A stretch of 64,000 nt of DNA from Candidatus Omnitrophota bacterium (GCA_043797125.1 JAZDPX010000006.1:70921-134920), one strand, 5' to 3'; shown: positions 39,431-50,099, counted from the first letter of the stretch. Program-made: numbers and translations. Notes: a model not told the origin generated them from the sequence alone.

Positions 39431-42142
39431 GTGTCTGTGAATAAGATGAATAAGATATTAAAGATTGGCATAGTGATATATGTAATTATAGTAATAGTCT
39501 ACCTTTCTGTTTGGTATATCAACCGCACCCTTGTTCCCTATAAACTGCAGGACTATATCGTAAGCTCAATCGCTCAAAAAACGCCTTACGCCATAACAAT
39601 AGAAAAAACCACCTTCAGCTTATCTAAAGGCATTGCGCTAAAAAATATTCAAATCACCGACAAACTTAACCCCTCGAAGCCTATTCTTTCAGCAGCAGGC
39701 GCGCATTTCAGAGTGATACCGATTCCAAGCCTGCGCGGAATAAAAATACTCATCCCTTCTATTTCTCTTGAATCACCTCAAGCGTCTATTGAAAGAACCG
39801 CCGACGGGCTGTGGCAATTTCTTCCTGCGGATGAAATGCCGGCAAAGGCTAACGGCAATTTATCTGTGCTGGGCATAACTTTTACAGATGCGAGCGTATC
39901 TTTTGTTGATAATTACAAAGAATTAAATTTTCGCCGCAATATTAACGGCTTAAAAGGCAGAATAAGGTTATCGCTGCCTAATTCCGTAAGTTTCGCGGTT
40001 TCTGGAATTATCAACGACTTAAAAAAACATGATGAGGAATTCAGCGCCTCGGGAGGCTATCATTTTATTCAAAAGAGGATAATAGCCAACGTGGATATAA
40101 AAAATGCTTCTCTCGCAAACTACACAAACGCATATTTAAATCTTGAGAATTTCAAAATCTCATCCGGAATTTTTGATATTAACGCAAGATTTACCCTTAA
40201 CGACAAAAAACAATTACTATCAAACGTTAAATTTGACTTTAAAGATGCTAAAGCTACTATGGGGACTGCTGGTATAAACGGCGCAGGCAAAGTAAGCGGG
40301 ACCTTTTCGTATGAACTCGGGCATATAGATACATTGAATTATAATTTCGACTACGATGTAAAAAATTTACAATTAGTCGCGCCGCACCCTATTGTTGACA
40401 GCTTTTTTATAAGAGAATCCTCGGGAAACCTAAACAACGAGTTGTGGAAAATAAAAAATCTGATAGGCAACGTTTATGACGGGCCGATAATTTTAAGCGG
40501 CACGATCACCAGCCCTTTAAAAGACCCGAAAGCGAAATTAAGAATTACTTCCGAGGTAAAGCTTAAAAAAATCAAGGGTTCTTCTGCGGCCGGCGTTAAG
40601 GACGGCATTGCCAAAATCAGCGCTGATATAGCGCCAAAAGGCGAGAACGGCCATCTTATTAGAGGGACTGTAAATATAAAGGCGCTTAAGTTTGAAAAAG
40701 AGGGGCGCCTTCTTGAAGGGGATTTTGATATATATGGCCACATGGAAATAGGCGCCCAGGCCAAAAGCATATCCGACTACAAAGGCAATATTGTATTCAA
40801 TAACGCAAAGATACGCATATCAGAAATACTGCCCCTAATCTATGGCGCAAAAGGTAAAGTGCTTTTCTCGACCAATGCATTGTTAATAAAAGATCTCACG
40901 GGATACGCCGGGGATGCAAAAATAACTTCTGACGGAAAACTGGATTATTCCCTCCAGCCACCTGCCATAGAGATAAATGCCTATACAGAAAAGATGGTTC
41001 TAAGCAAGTTGCTGGAAAGCCTGCCCGAATCCATGAAGCAAAGATTATCAAAAATAGAAATAGCCGGCTTTGGCGACTTAAATTTGAGCATACGTAATTC
41101 TAAAGATGACCCTGATACACTGGTATATCAGGGTGAATTAAAAATTGAAGATGCCGTCGTCGGCATGCCATGGCTAAAGGAAAAAATAAACGGCATAAAC
41201 TGCGAATTGATTTTTGAAAAGGATGCTTTGACGTGGAATAAATTAACCTGCATGTATAAAAACGAACAATACATATCAAGCGGTACTGTCGTAGAACTAA
41301 ATTCTCCCTTGATAAACGCTGCCTTGGAATCTAAAGATTTTAACCTAAAAACTACATTAAAAATTCATGATGACTACCTGGATATACAAAAACTGGATGC
41401 TACATATAAAAAATATTCTTTTTTTGCAAAAGGCTATGTGCAGGACTTCAAAAAACAGCCCATTGCAAACCTGCTCATCAATGCTTATGACGGAACCGCA
41501 GAGGTAAATGCAAAGGTAAACCTGGAATCTGAAGACAAGCCGTATCTTGTAAGCATAGCCGCAAAAGATATCAATATTGAAAAACTGATTCCGAATGAAA
41601 ACCCGAACCAGCCCAGTAAAATGAGCGGAAACCTCGCATTAACCGCTACTCTAAACGGGTATCTGAATGACAGAAATTCTCTTAAAGGCGGCGGCTGGCT
41701 GCAGGTAAGCGGCGGCTATCTTGGCAGGTTTCCTGTTATTTTTGCTTTTTTAGACGCGATTCTCGGCATACCGCCTGAATACCTTATACTTACAGATGCG
41801 TTTGGAAATTTTTCAATTTTCGATAACAGGATTCATACAAACGATTTTAAGGTATTAAGCCAGAAGGCCGCGCTTCTGTGGCAGGGGTCTTTAGGCTTCG
41901 ACGGGACGCTCGATTTTAATGTAACGGGAAGATTCGCGGGAGATATAATAAAAATGACGAATTCATTAGGCAAGATTGCATCTGCGGTCCTTGACGAGGC
42001 AGGCGCGTATATTGTTGAGGCAAAACTGACTGGCACGCTGAAGGAGCCAAAATACAGCATTGTGCCTTTTCCGATAAAAAAGATTTTAAACGAGAAGGTC
42101 GTTGATAAGGTTAAAGATATATTCGGAGATATTTTCCAATAA
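39431..42142 (+). CDS. AsmA-like / DUF748 beta-taco envelope protein (start may be 39446)
   Basis: N-terminal TM, repeated amphipathic beta strands, C-terminal G.LGFDGTLDF...LTGTLKEP; the only large plus-strand gene. Confidence 0.8.
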   Translation: MSVNKMNKILKIGIVIYVIIVIVYLSVWYINRTLVPYKLQDYIVSSIAQKTPYAITIEKTTFSLSKGIALKNIQITDKLNPSKPILSAAGAHFRVIPIPSLRGIKILIPSISLESPQASIERTADGLWQFLPADEMPAKANGNLSVLGITFTDASVSFVDNYKELNFRRNINGLKGRIRLSLPNSVSFAVSGIINDLKKHDEEFSASGGYHFIQKRIIANVDIKNASLANYTNAYLNLENFKISSGIFDINARFTLNDKKQLLSNVKFDFKDAKATMGTAGINGAGKVSGTFSYELGHIDTLNYNFDYDVKNLQLVAPHPIVDSFFIRESSGNLNNELWKIKNLIGNVYDGPIILSGTITSPLKDPKAKLRITSEVKLKKIKGSSAAGVKDGIAKISADIAPKGENGHLIRGTVNIKALKFEKEGRLLEGDFDIYGHMEIGAQAKSISDYKGNIVFNNAKIRISEILPLIYGAKGKVLFSTNALLIKDLTGYAGDAKITSDGKLDYSLQPPAIEINAYTEKMVLSKLLESLPESMKQRLSKIEIAGFGDLNLSIRNSKDDPDTLVYQGELKIEDAVVGMPWLKEKINGINCELIFEKDALTWNKLTCMYKNEQYISSGTVVELNSPLINAALESKDFNLKTTLKIHDDYLDIQKLDATYKKYSFFAKGYVQDFKKQPIANLLINAYDGTAEVNAKVNLESEDKPYLVSIAAKDINIEKLIPNENPNQPSKMSGNLALTATLNGYLNDRNSLKGGGWLQVSGGYLGRFPVIFAFLDAILGIPPEYLILTDAFGNFSIFDNRIHTNDFKVLSQKAALLWQGSLGFDGTLDFNVTGRFAGDIIKMTNSLGKIASAVLDEAGAYIVEAKLTGTLKEPKYSIVPFPIKKILNEKVVDKVKDIFGDIFQ

Positions 42143-42716
42143 GGCGCCTGGCCTTTCTAAAGGCCCTGGCCCTGTGGCTGATTTTATTTTTAAACGACGC
42201 ACTCATCTGCGCAAACGTCTTTTTATATCCCGCCGGAACAAATACGGGGTCATACCCGAAACCGCTTTCCCCAAGCGCGTTCCTTATTATGTTTCCAAAA
42301 ACTTTTCCTTCGCAGGCAGCTAAAATTTTATTTTCCATGGCTATGGCAACGGTGCAGATAAAAAAGGCTTTTCTCTTTTTTGCCCTTGCCATGTTTTTTA
42401 ATAATTTAGCGATATTATTTTTGTCAATTTGCGCAGCCCCCGCGTACCTGGCTGAATTAACTCCGGGTGAACCTTTTAAATAATCGACGCAAAGCCCGGA
42501 GTCATCGGCAAGGACAAGCGCATCTTTATATATCCCGGAAATTGCAAGCGCCTTTTTCGCTGCGTTTCCCGCAAACGTCTTTCTGTCCTCTTTAACCTGC
42601 GGGATTTTCTTACTAAGATCATCGAGCCCGAGCACTTCTACGGGCAAACCCTTAAGCAAAGTTTTTATTTCTCTCAACTTATTATTATTTCTCGTCGCAA
42701 TTATTAGTTCCAACAC
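42111..42716 (-). CDS. rdgB: Non-canonical purine NTP pyrophosphatase (RdgB/HAM1)
   Basis: ATRN..KLRE, ADDSGL, GFGYDPVF, KNKISHR. Confidence 0.97.
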   Translation of the reverse strand: MLELIIATRNNNKLREIKTLLKGLPVEVLGLDDLSKKIPQVKEDRKTFAGNAAKKALAISGIYKDALVLADDSGLCVDYLKGSPGVNSARYAGAAQIDKNNIAKLLKNMARAKKRKAFFICTVAIAMENKILAACEGKVFGNIIRNALGESGFGYDPVFVPAGYKKTFAQMSASFKNKISHRARAFRKARRLIGKYLRIYL

Positions 42717-42737
42717 AATATGTTCCTATCAGTAAGA

Positions 42738-42767
42738 TAGTAGCGCAGGCTTAAGCCTGCGCTACTA
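42738..42767. repeat. GTAG-type REP palindrome, copy 2
   Basis: TA-GTAGCGCAGGCTTAAGCCTGCGCTAC-TA. Confidence 0.9.
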
Positions 42768-42789
42768 CTATACGCTATCGACCATCTTT

Positions 42790-43512
42790 TTACAGTTCCA
42801 GCCTCAACACATCTTTCTGCTTCTTAACCAGGCTCGCGATCCCCAACTTTGCAAGTTCAAGCATCTGCTCCATCTGCATCTTAGTAAATAGCGCGCCTTC
42901 CGCAGTGCCCTGAATTTCCACGAATTTTCCGCTTTGCGTCATAACTATATTCATATCAACATCAGCCTTAGAGTCTTCCTCGTAGGTCAAATCCAGCATA
43001 GGTTTACCCTGCACAATGCCTACGCTTATCGCGGCAACATAATCTATAAGCGGTATATTTTTAATAAGCCCGTCTTTCTGCATTTTTTTAAGCGCTAAAG
43101 CCAGGGCCACAAATGCGCCAGTAATGCTGGTTGCGCGGGTACCGCCGTCGCCCTGGACCACGTCGCAATCTAACCATATGGTGCGCTCGCCCAAACAAGA
43201 AGCATCAACTACTGATCTTAAGCTTCTGCCGACTAACCTTTGTATTTCCTGGGTCCTGCCTCCTATTTTGCCACGCGAGGATTCGCGCGAGATACGCTCC
43301 CTGCATGAACGCGGCAGCATGGCATATTCAGCTGTAATCCATCCCTTGCCTAAGTTCCTCATAAAAGGCGGCACGCCATCCTCAACCGATGCCGAACATA
43401 CCACTTTCGTATTTTCCGCTTCGATTAAGCAGGAGCCTTCCGCGTATTTTAAGAAATCCTTTTTTATAGTAACTTTTCTTATTCCGTTGTTTGTGCGCCC
43501 GTCAGCTCTCAT
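42790..43512 (-). CDS. rph: Ribonuclease PH
   Basis: [36 protein letters not shown]. Confidence 0.98.
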   Translation of the reverse strand: MRADGRTNNGIRKVTIKKDFLKYAEGSCLIEAENTKVVCSASVEDGVPPFMRNLGKGWITAEYAMLPRSCRERISRESSRGKIGGRTQEIQRLVGRSLRSVVDASCLGERTIWLDCDVVQGDGGTRATSITGAFVALALALKKMQKDGLIKNIPLIDYVAAISVGIVQGKPMLDLTYEEDSKADVDMNIVMTQSGKFVEIQGTAEGALFTKMQMEQMLELAKLGIASLVKKQKDVLRLEL

Positions 43513-44026
43513 ATATGTTCCTCCCTTTGGTATCTATTCCCACAATTACCGGAAAATCCTCAACCTTCAACTTGTAAATTGCTTCCGGGCCAAGGTCTGT
43601 GTACGCTATTTGTTTGGCAGACTTCACCCTTAACGCCAGATATGCGCCTGCTCCTGCAGGCGCGACAAAATATACGCCCCTGTATCTTTTTATGGCATTT
43701 AGCACTTCCTTGGAGCGATTTCCCTTTCCTATCATGCCAAGCAGGCCTTTGGATAAAAGCATTGGGGTAAATTCATCCATTCTTTTGGACGTGGTTGGCC
43801 CGCATGCGCCTATTGGTTTTCCCTTTGGCGCAGAAGTCGGGCCGCAGTAGTAAATTATTTGCTCTTTTATATCTATGGGCAACTTTTTTTTCTTAATAAT
43901 GCATTCGCACGCTCTTTTATGAGCAGCATCGCGCGCTGTGTATATAACCCCTGAAAGCAAAACCTCGTCTCCCGCTTTAAGTTTCGCGGCATCTTTCCTT
44001 GTAATCGGCAGCATTATCCTTTTCAT
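43502..44026 (-). CDS. Fe-S hydro-lyase (fumarate hydratase class I) beta subunit
   Basis: [24 protein letters not shown]. Confidence 0.93.
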   Translation of the reverse strand: MKRIMLPITRKDAAKLKAGDEVLLSGVIYTARDAAHKRACECIIKKKKLPIDIKEQIIYYCGPTSAPKGKPIGACGPTTSKRMDEFTPMLLSKGLLGMIGKGNRSKEVLNAIKRYRGVYFVAPAGAGAYLALRVKSAKQIAYTDLGPEAIYKLKVEDFPVIVGIDTKGRNIYES

Positions 44027-44877
44027 ATTATAACCTCTGCGCTACGGAGAGCATGGCAGCATACATTCACGCAAACCGGCAGACCAGCAATGTGCGTCGG
44101 ATATGTTAATATGTTGACTCCAAGGCAGGTTGTCCTACCGCCTAAGCCCATGGGGCCGATGTTTAGACGGTTGATTTCCGTCAACAAATCTTTCTGTAAT
44201 TTTGCTGTGAGCTTTGAGCTGTGGGCTGTGGGCTGTGGGCTGTGGGCTGTGGGCTCAAGGAGCGCTTTCTTTGCCAATAGACAGGCGTAATCTGCGGTCC
44301 CGCCTATGCCTACGCCTATGATATACGGCGGGCAGGCATCCGCGCCTGCGCATTTAACAACTTCGACAATAAATTTTTTAATCTCGCCGATTCCAACAGT
44401 TGGATTAAACATCTTTAGCTTAGTCTTGTTCTCGCTTCCAAAACCTTTTGGCATTACTGATATTTTTATTTTATCGCCGGATATGATATCGTAGTGTATG
44501 ACTGCCGGCGTATTGGTGTTTGTATTTTTTCTTACCAAGGGATCATCCACTACAGATTTTCTTAAACATCCCTGTTTATACGCTGCTTTTATGCCATTAT
44601 TTATTGCCTTGCTTACATCGCCTATGATCTGTACCTTATTGCCTATTTGACAAAATACTACTACCATACCTGTATCTTGGCATATCGCTATTTTTTGGCA
44701 CCTAGCAATACAGGCATTCTCAATTAATATCTTAAGCATCTTTTTAGCAACAAGCTTTGTTTCGGTTTTAACCGCTTTTTTTAAAGCAGATAAAACATCG
44801 CCGCGTAAATTAAAATTCGCCTTTAACGCCGCCTCACACACCTTTTTTTCTATCTCTTTCACCTTTATTTTTCTCAT
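44023..44877 (-). CDS. Fe-S hydro-lyase (fumarate hydratase class I) alpha subunit with heptamer-repeat insertion
   Basis: CQDTG, KGFGSEN, ACPP..GVGIGG, GPMGLGG, CHA.R. Confidence 0.93.
   Translation of the reverse strand: MRKIKVKEIEKKVCEAALKANFNLRGDVLSALKKAVKTETKLVAKKMLKILIENACIARCQKIAICQDTGMVVVFCQIGNKVQIIGDVSKAINNGIKAAYKQGCLRKSVVDDPLVRKNTNTNTPAVIHYDIISGDKIKISVMPKGFGSENKTKLKMFNPTVGIGEIKKFIVEVVKCAGADACPPYIIGVGIGGTADYACLLAKKALLEPTAHSPQPTAHSSKLTAKLQKDLLTEINRLNIGPMGLGGRTTCLGVNILTYPTHIAGLPVCVNVCCHALRSAEVII
44204..44256. repeat. GCTGTGG heptamer tandem repeat (5 perfect and 2 degenerate) inside the fumarase alpha gene
   Basis: Read directly; encodes PTAHSPQPTAHSS. Confidence 0.9.
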
Positions 44878-44897
44878 TTTTTACCTATTTTTAATTT

Positions 44898-45350
44898 TTA
44901 ATTGTAATTTTGCATTTTGCATTCCTGCCTGCCGGCAGGCAGGTTTAATTTTGAATTTTTTATATATTCTCTCTCCAGCGTCGTCTTAATCCCTCCCCTT
45001 ACATTAAACTCACACATTATCTGCGCCCAGCGCGGCTTGCAGCAGGATATAAAGTCATCTAATACCTTGTTCGCTATATGCTCATGAAATATGCCTACAT
45101 TCCGATAGCCGTACAAATACAGTTTAAAGGATTTAAGTTCCACGCATAATTTATCCGGAATATATCTTAAGACAACGCGCGCAAAATCAGGCAGCCCTGT
45201 CTTGGGGCACACGCAGGTAAACTCCGCGGTCTCTAAGGTCACAACATACTCTTTATCGGAATATTTATTTTCGATAGTATCTATCTTCGGAGTTTTCAGC
45301 TTTCTTATATTCTCCTGTAGGCCTTTATAGGATTTATTTATTTTTTTCAT
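44898..45350 (-). CDS. queF: preQ0 reductase QueF
   Basis: EFTCVCPKTGLPDF, ELKSFKLY, FNVRGGI; C-terminal tail is repeat-derived. Confidence 0.95.
   Translation of the reverse strand: MKKINKSYKGLQENIRKLKTPKIDTIENKYSDKEYVVTLETAEFTCVCPKTGLPDFARVVLRYIPDKLCVELKSFKLYLYGYRNVGIFHEHIANKVLDDFISCCKPRWAQIMCEFNVRGGIKTTLEREYIKNSKLNLPAGRQECKMQNYN
44924..44943. repeat. Perfect palindrome CCTGCCTGCCGGCAGGCAGG in the queF 3' end
   Basis: 20-bp palindrome embedded in the AT-rich heptamer repeat; encodes LPAGRQ. Confidence 0.85.
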
Positions 45351-46024
45351 CTCACTCCCAGCGCTTTGTGCACCTGCGGAATTACCAGTACGGTGTCTAA
45401 ATGTTTCAAGGCATAATTCTGTAATTTGCGCAAATGATTAATTCCTATTTTAATTTTTTTGCCGTCGGTCTGCGGCTGTATTATAAGCGGTATTTTATCG
45501 CTTATCTTTTCTACTAAAGAAACCCCCCTCCTAAAATCGTTCATTTTTAATTTATCAGACACAACTATTTTTATGAAAATATTTTTTTTGCAGCCGACCT
45601 TAATAAAATCCGAATGCGCCTTCCAAAAGCCTTTTTCTTTGGTAACGCTCGGAAGCTTAATATCCGCGGCAATTATATCTACATATTTTAAAATTGCCTT
45701 TAAATTCCTGGGTAATGTGGCGTTTGTTTCTAAATAAACCATGAATTTAAGGCTTTTCAGCTTAGGCAGCAGGATTTTTAAAAAATCTATTTGCAAAAGC
45801 GGCTCTCCGCCTGTTAAGGAAACTGTTTGCGCTTTTAGCTTTTTTATTTGAGAAATAATTCTGCCGCAGCTTTGTCTGATTGCCTTTTTATTCTTCGGCA
45901 CATCGCAATATGAGCAGGCTAAATTGCAATCCGCAAATCTTATAAATGCCTGCCTTTGGCCAACGTAAGGCCCTTCTCCCTGAATCGATGAGAATATCTC
46001 GATGATATTTGCTTTGGTTACCAT
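45347..46024 (-). CDS. queE: 7-carboxy-7-deazaguanine synthase QueE (radical SAM)
   Basis: EIFSSIQGEG, CNLACSYCD, TGGEP, ETN, PQVHK. Confidence 0.95.
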   Translation of the reverse strand: MVTKANIIEIFSSIQGEGPYVGQRQAFIRFADCNLACSYCDVPKNKKAIRQSCGRIISQIKKLKAQTVSLTGGEPLLQIDFLKILLPKLKSLKFMVYLETNATLPRNLKAILKYVDIIAADIKLPSVTKEKGFWKAHSDFIKVGCKKNIFIKIVVSDKLKMNDFRRGVSLVEKISDKIPLIIQPQTDGKKIKIGINHLRKLQNYALKHLDTVLVIPQVHKALGVR

Positions 46025-46686
46025 AATCTTAGCGTAGGAGCGATATCTTTTACTCCCGCTTCCCTGAACCCCTTCTTACGAATGATACACGAGGGACATT
46101 CGCCACAGGGTTTTGGTCCACCCATATAGCACGACCATGTTAACCTAATTGGCGCGCCTAACTTTACGGCAAGCTTTATTATCTGCGCCTTTGTCTTATT
46201 AAGCAAAGGCGCTATAATTCGAAGGCTGTTGCCCATCACGCCTGATCTCGTGCCTTTTTTTACGGCATCCTGAAATGCTTTTAAAAATTCTAAACGGCAA
46301 TCGGGGTAATTACTGTAATCAAGCTGGTTCGCGCCGATAATAATAGTATCGGCTTTTATTGACTCGGCGTATGATGCGGCAAAACTTAAAAATATAATAT
46401 TGCGCCCCGGCACATAAGTTGAAGGAATGGCTTTCGCGCCAATCTTCTTTGGCACCGCCATATTTTTGTCAACGAGCGAACTCCCGCAGCCTGAAAGGCC
46501 AATCTTCAATGTTTTGTGCAGGCATTTTGCCCTTTTCGCTATCAGGCGCGCTCTTTTTATTTCTTTTTTATGGCGCTGGTTGTAATCAAATACCAGGCAG
46601 AAGCACTTATAGCCTTTTGAAAGAGCCCAGTATAGTGACGTGGCAGAATCAAGGCCGCCGGATAATAAAACAACAGCTTTCTTCAT
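46018..46686 (-). CDS. queC: 7-cyano-7-deazaguanine synthase QueC
   Basis: SGGLDS, TYVPGRN, YPDC, TWSCY..CGECPSC. Confidence 0.97.
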   Translation of the reverse strand: MKKAVVLLSGGLDSATSLYWALSKGYKCFCLVFDYNQRHKKEIKRARLIAKRAKCLHKTLKIGLSGCGSSLVDKNMAVPKKIGAKAIPSTYVPGRNIIFLSFAASYAESIKADTIIIGANQLDYSNYPDCRLEFLKAFQDAVKKGTRSGVMGNSLRIIAPLLNKTKAQIIKLAVKLGAPIRLTWSCYMGGPKPCGECPSCIIRKKGFREAGVKDIAPTLRLW

Positions 46687-46687
46687 T

Positions 46688-47056
46688 TTACCGACTATAA
46701 CTAGCGCACGACGTAGGCGTTTCCCAAACTGAAACTTTTTCTAATCTCGCTTTGTTCGCGACAGCTTTTTCTATTTTTTTGAACACAAATTTCGCGATGA
46801 GTTCGGATGTAGGATTGCACTTCTTAAAAACCCCTATCTTATTTATATCTTTATGATCAAGTTCAAATAGCGCCTGCTCCAGGATTTTTTTTGCATCATT
46901 AAAATCCATAACCAGGCCTATTTTGTCCAAGGACTTTTTGGTAAAGGTTGCTTGAATGCGCCAGTTATGCCCGTGGAGGTTTTCGCATTTACCTTTATAG
47001 CCTTTTAAGCGGTGCGCTGCGCTGAAACTCGATTCGACTGTTATTTCGTATGTCAT
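46688..47056 (-). CDS. queD: 6-carboxytetrahydropterin synthase QueD
   Basis: FSAAH, CENLHGHN, LDH, WET. Confidence 0.96.
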   Translation of the reverse strand: MTYEITVESSFSAAHRLKGYKGKCENLHGHNWRIQATFTKKSLDKIGLVMDFNDAKKILEQALFELDHKDINKIGVFKKCNPTSELIAKFVFKKIEKAVANKARLEKVSVWETPTSCASYSR

Positions 47057-47058
47057 TT

Positions 47059-47865
47059 TTAATCCACCTTAGCCCGATAAACGCAATCTATCCTTTGCCC
47101 GAGAAACTGTTGCGCCAATTTTTTAAAATTATGCGGTTGGTCAGTCAAATAGAACCTTACCCTGCCTTTTCTTTTCGCATTAGCGCAGATAGCCTTTTGC
47201 TGCATTAATCTTTTGCAATTCAGGGCAACTTCTCTCGCTGAATCGACCAGGTTTATTCCCGGGCCCATTGCCCTTGCTATAGATGTCTTCAATAAGGGAT
47301 AGTGCGTGCATCCTAATATTAACGTGTCTATCTTCTGTTTTTTTAAGGGCTTGAGATACCTTTGAATCACTTCAAACGTCACTTTATCATTAAGCCAGCC
47401 CTCTTCTGCTAATGGCACAAATAGGGGACAGCTTTTTGTAAAGACCTTTATTGACGGGTTTTGCCTTTTTATTTTATCCTGATAGGCGTTACTTTCTATT
47501 GTGGCGTTGGTGCCTATTACACCGATACGAGAGTTTTTGGTTATCTCCAATGCCTTTTTAACTCCCGGCTCTATCACTCCTATTATCGGAATCTGAAAAT
47601 ATCTTTTAAGCTGTGGCAAGGCCAGGCTTGAAGATGTATTGCACGCGATAACTATGAGCTTGACCTTGAACTTGAATAAATAAAGCGCGTTCTGGACGGA
47701 AAATTTTATTATAGTGTCTTTAGATTTATTTCCGTACGGGACGCGGGCAGTGTCTCCGAGATAGATAATATCCTCGTTGGGCAGGAATTTAATCAACTGT
47801 CTTACAGAAGTAAGCCCGCCTGCGCCTGAATCAAATACGCCTATAGGCCTGTTAACATAACTCAT
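47059..47865 (-). CDS. murI: Glutamate racemase
   Basis: FDSG.GG, PYG, ACNT, LGCTHYP. Confidence 0.97.
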   Translation of the reverse strand: MSYVNRPIGVFDSGAGGLTSVRQLIKFLPNEDIIYLGDTARVPYGNKSKDTIIKFSVQNALYLFKFKVKLIVIACNTSSSLALPQLKRYFQIPIIGVIEPGVKKALEITKNSRIGVIGTNATIESNAYQDKIKRQNPSIKVFTKSCPLFVPLAEEGWLNDKVTFEVIQRYLKPLKKQKIDTLILGCTHYPLLKTSIARAMGPGINLVDSAREVALNCKRLMQQKAICANAKRKGRVRFYLTDQPHNFKKLAQQFLGQRIDCVYRAKVD

Positions 47866-48983
47866 TTGGTGAAACCTTCTGTCCGCTCATATTTGTCTTT
47901 ATATAAAAGAATTCCATCCGCTATGGACCTTGCCAGCTTTTCCTGGTAAACAGGGTCTTTCAGCTTCATTGCCTCTTCCTGGTTTGAAAGGAAACCTATT
48001 TCAACAAGAACATCCGGCATCTGGGCGCCTTTCAGTACATAAAATTTGGCAGGCTTGGCGCCCCTGTTTTTGGCGTCCAGGTCTTCGGAGACTCCCTTGG
48101 ATATGCACTCAGCTAATTCTACGGACTCTGCCCTGTTTTCCGTGCAAAGCATATCCCATAATGTGGCTGCAAGAGCTGATTTTGGCCCATGGATCCCAAA
48201 AGACGAGGTTTCATATTCCAATGCCGCGTTTTCCGCATCCGCTGTCTTTCTTGCAAAATCATCGACAGCGTCGGATAAATAAAATACCTCTATGCCGCTT
48301 GCGTATTTTGCCCTGCAGGCATTTGCGTGTATGCTTACAAAAAAATCCGCTTCTATCCTGTTTGCTATTTTGGGCCTTTCGCCAAGCGTTATAAACCTGT
48401 CTCTGTCTCTTGTTAGAATCACTTCAATGCCGTAATCCTGCAGATACTGTTTTGTCTTTTTTGCGACGCTTAAAACAATATCCTTTTCTCTTATCTTTTT
48501 CGCAGACATTGCCCCCGGGTCTTTGCCGCCGTGGCCGGGATCAAGCACTATTCTGCGTATGGCGTATTTGCCTTGCGCCGGGGCATACTTTATCCTCTTA
48601 GCTGTAGCTGCAAAGGGCGCGAATAGTTTTTTTAATTCAGAAGCCGCAAACGCGGCAGGGATCATGACCTCGCCCGATTGCATCCGTATTGCTTCGGGCA
48701 TTTTTACCACGCTTCCGTCTACAAGGGCAGTATCGGAGCCTACGCAAAATACTACCTCCTTGCCTTGCCTGCTTATTGAAAGCGAGCGCGTAACAGGGTC
48801 CCACGCGGACTGCGCGTTGTAGCTTTTGGCTATTGCGCCGAAGGGAATATATTGTGCGCCTTCTATCTCAAGAGACGGTATCTCTATTAACGCGACATCC
48901 GAGACACCCACGCCTTTTTTCGGAACGTCCGCGCATCCGGATACTAATATAAATAAGAATACTATAGGTATAAGTTTTTTCAT
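47862..48983 (-). CDS. N-acetylmuramoyl-L-alanine amidase, lipoprotein with copper-amine-oxidase-N-like domain (start moved to 48983)
   Basis: Lipobox LVSGC; LDPGHGGKDPGA, SIHANA, LVEIGFLSN. Confidence 0.93.
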   Translation of the reverse strand: MKKLIPIVFLFILVSGCADVPKKGVGVSDVALIEIPSLEIEGAQYIPFGAIAKSYNAQSAWDPVTRSLSISRQGKEVVFCVGSDTALVDGSVVKMPEAIRMQSGEVMIPAAFAASELKKLFAPFAATAKRIKYAPAQGKYAIRRIVLDPGHGGKDPGAMSAKKIREKDIVLSVAKKTKQYLQDYGIEVILTRDRDRFITLGERPKIANRIEADFFVSIHANACRAKYASGIEVFYLSDAVDDFARKTADAENAALEYETSSFGIHGPKSALAATLWDMLCTENRAESVELAECISKGVSEDLDAKNRGAKPAKFYVLKGAQMPDVLVEIGFLSNQEEAMKLKDPVYQEKLARSIADGILLYKDKYERTEGFTK

Positions 48984-49081
48984 AATATTTAGTATTAAAA
49001 CACCACTACTTATACCAAACTTTTCCTGAAAAAGCAACTGGAAAAAATAGGGCGGGACAGGAACAGAAATTTTAAATGACT

Positions 49082-49531
49082 TTATATGTTTTTACAGTAT
49101 TTGGAAAATTCTTTCTCGAGCTTACCTTTAACATAAACTACGAAAGACCTGGTTTCTTTAAGCAGCTCATTGAATTCTGCTTCACTGACAACATCTGTGT
49201 GGTCATAAAACGCATTGCCTCTTTTTTGTCTTGCGTCATCGAATAACATAATTATGCCTTTTATATAAGAATCTTCCATATTCCTCAATGCTTCCCATGT
49301 CATGTAATGATAGCTCTCTCTCGGGGCTTTATATCCCCGGCAAGCCAAAAGGCATTCTGCGGCAGCTAATGCGGCCTGATATGTTGAAATAAATCTTAAA
49401 TCCAAGGAAATGTTTGTCTGCGCCGCGTCTTTTAAGCATCTTTTTATCACATCAAAACGATCCCCTACTTCTTCCGGGTTTGTTTTATGTTTTTTTAGTT
49501 TTCCGAACCTGTATAAATCCTCTAAACTCAT
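49082..49531 (-). CDS. HEPN-like toxin partner
   Basis: Helical HEPN pattern (YQAAL..AECLL, R.KRGNAFY); overlaps the MNT gene. Confidence 0.7.
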   Translation of the reverse strand: MSLEDLYRFGKLKKHKTNPEEVGDRFDVIKRCLKDAAQTNISLDLRFISTYQAALAAAECLLACRGYKAPRESYHYMTWEALRNMEDSYIKGIIMLFDDARQKRGNAFYDHTDVVSEAEFNELLKETRSFVVYVKGKLEKEFSKYCKNI

Positions 49532-50099
49532 CCTCGGTTCCTTTCAGAAATATTTTAGGCTCTTTTATTATGCTGCTTATAAAATGATTTTTGTCCTTCA
49601 GTTTTTTTAAAAATTCGCCTTCGGTATAAATAATGCTGTTTATTTCTCTGCCTACTGCGGATTGGTAGTTATACAAATCGGATTTTATATCTTTTAAACC
49701 TGCTTCCGCTATTATCACAATATCTATATCGCTTAAGCCTCTCTCCTGGCCTTTCGCAAACGATCCATATATAAAAGCAAATTGAATCTGCTTGTGTTTG
49801 GCCGCAATGCTTCTGAGCGCGCCTTCTATGCTGACAGTTTTTCTTATCACGCCCTTAATCTCCATATATAGCGGATAATCCAAGTTTAGTTTATAAAGCT
49901 TTATCCTCCCAAGCATTCTATGCGTAAATAGGCCTCCGGATTCAAGGGCCGCCATTTCCCTTCTAATGTTGCCTACCGAATAACCCGACAGCTTTTCAAT
50001 CTGCCTTAGATAATACTCTTTCTCGGGATCGTTAAAAAACAACTCCAGCATGGCGACTCTTGTTTTAGACTTGGTAATGTGGAATATCTCTTTTCCCAT
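49485..50099 (-). CDS. Winged-HTH plus minimal nucleotidyltransferase (MNT antitoxin)
   Basis: N-terminal wHTH (YLRQIEKLSG...); YGSFAKG...SDIDI. Confidence 0.85.
   Translation of the reverse strand: MGKEIFHITKSKTRVAMLELFFNDPEKEYYLRQIEKLSGYSVGNIRREMAALESGGLFTHRMLGRIKLYKLNLDYPLYMEIKGVIRKTVSIEGALRSIAAKHKQIQFAFIYGSFAKGQERGLSDIDIVIIAEAGLKDIKSDLYNYQSAVGREINSIIYTEGEFLKKLKDKNHFISSIIKEPKIFLKGTEDEFRGFIQVRKTKKT

Noticed and set aside
44898-47056. que genes as a Dpd 7-deazaguanine DNA-modification defence system
   Set aside because: No dpdA/tgt-like or dpdB-K genes nearby, and queF is present in a housekeeping context, consistent with tRNA queuosine synthesis.
46688-47060. preQ1 riboswitch upstream of queDCEF
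   Set aside because: queD starts 2 bp after murI; there is no leader or motif.
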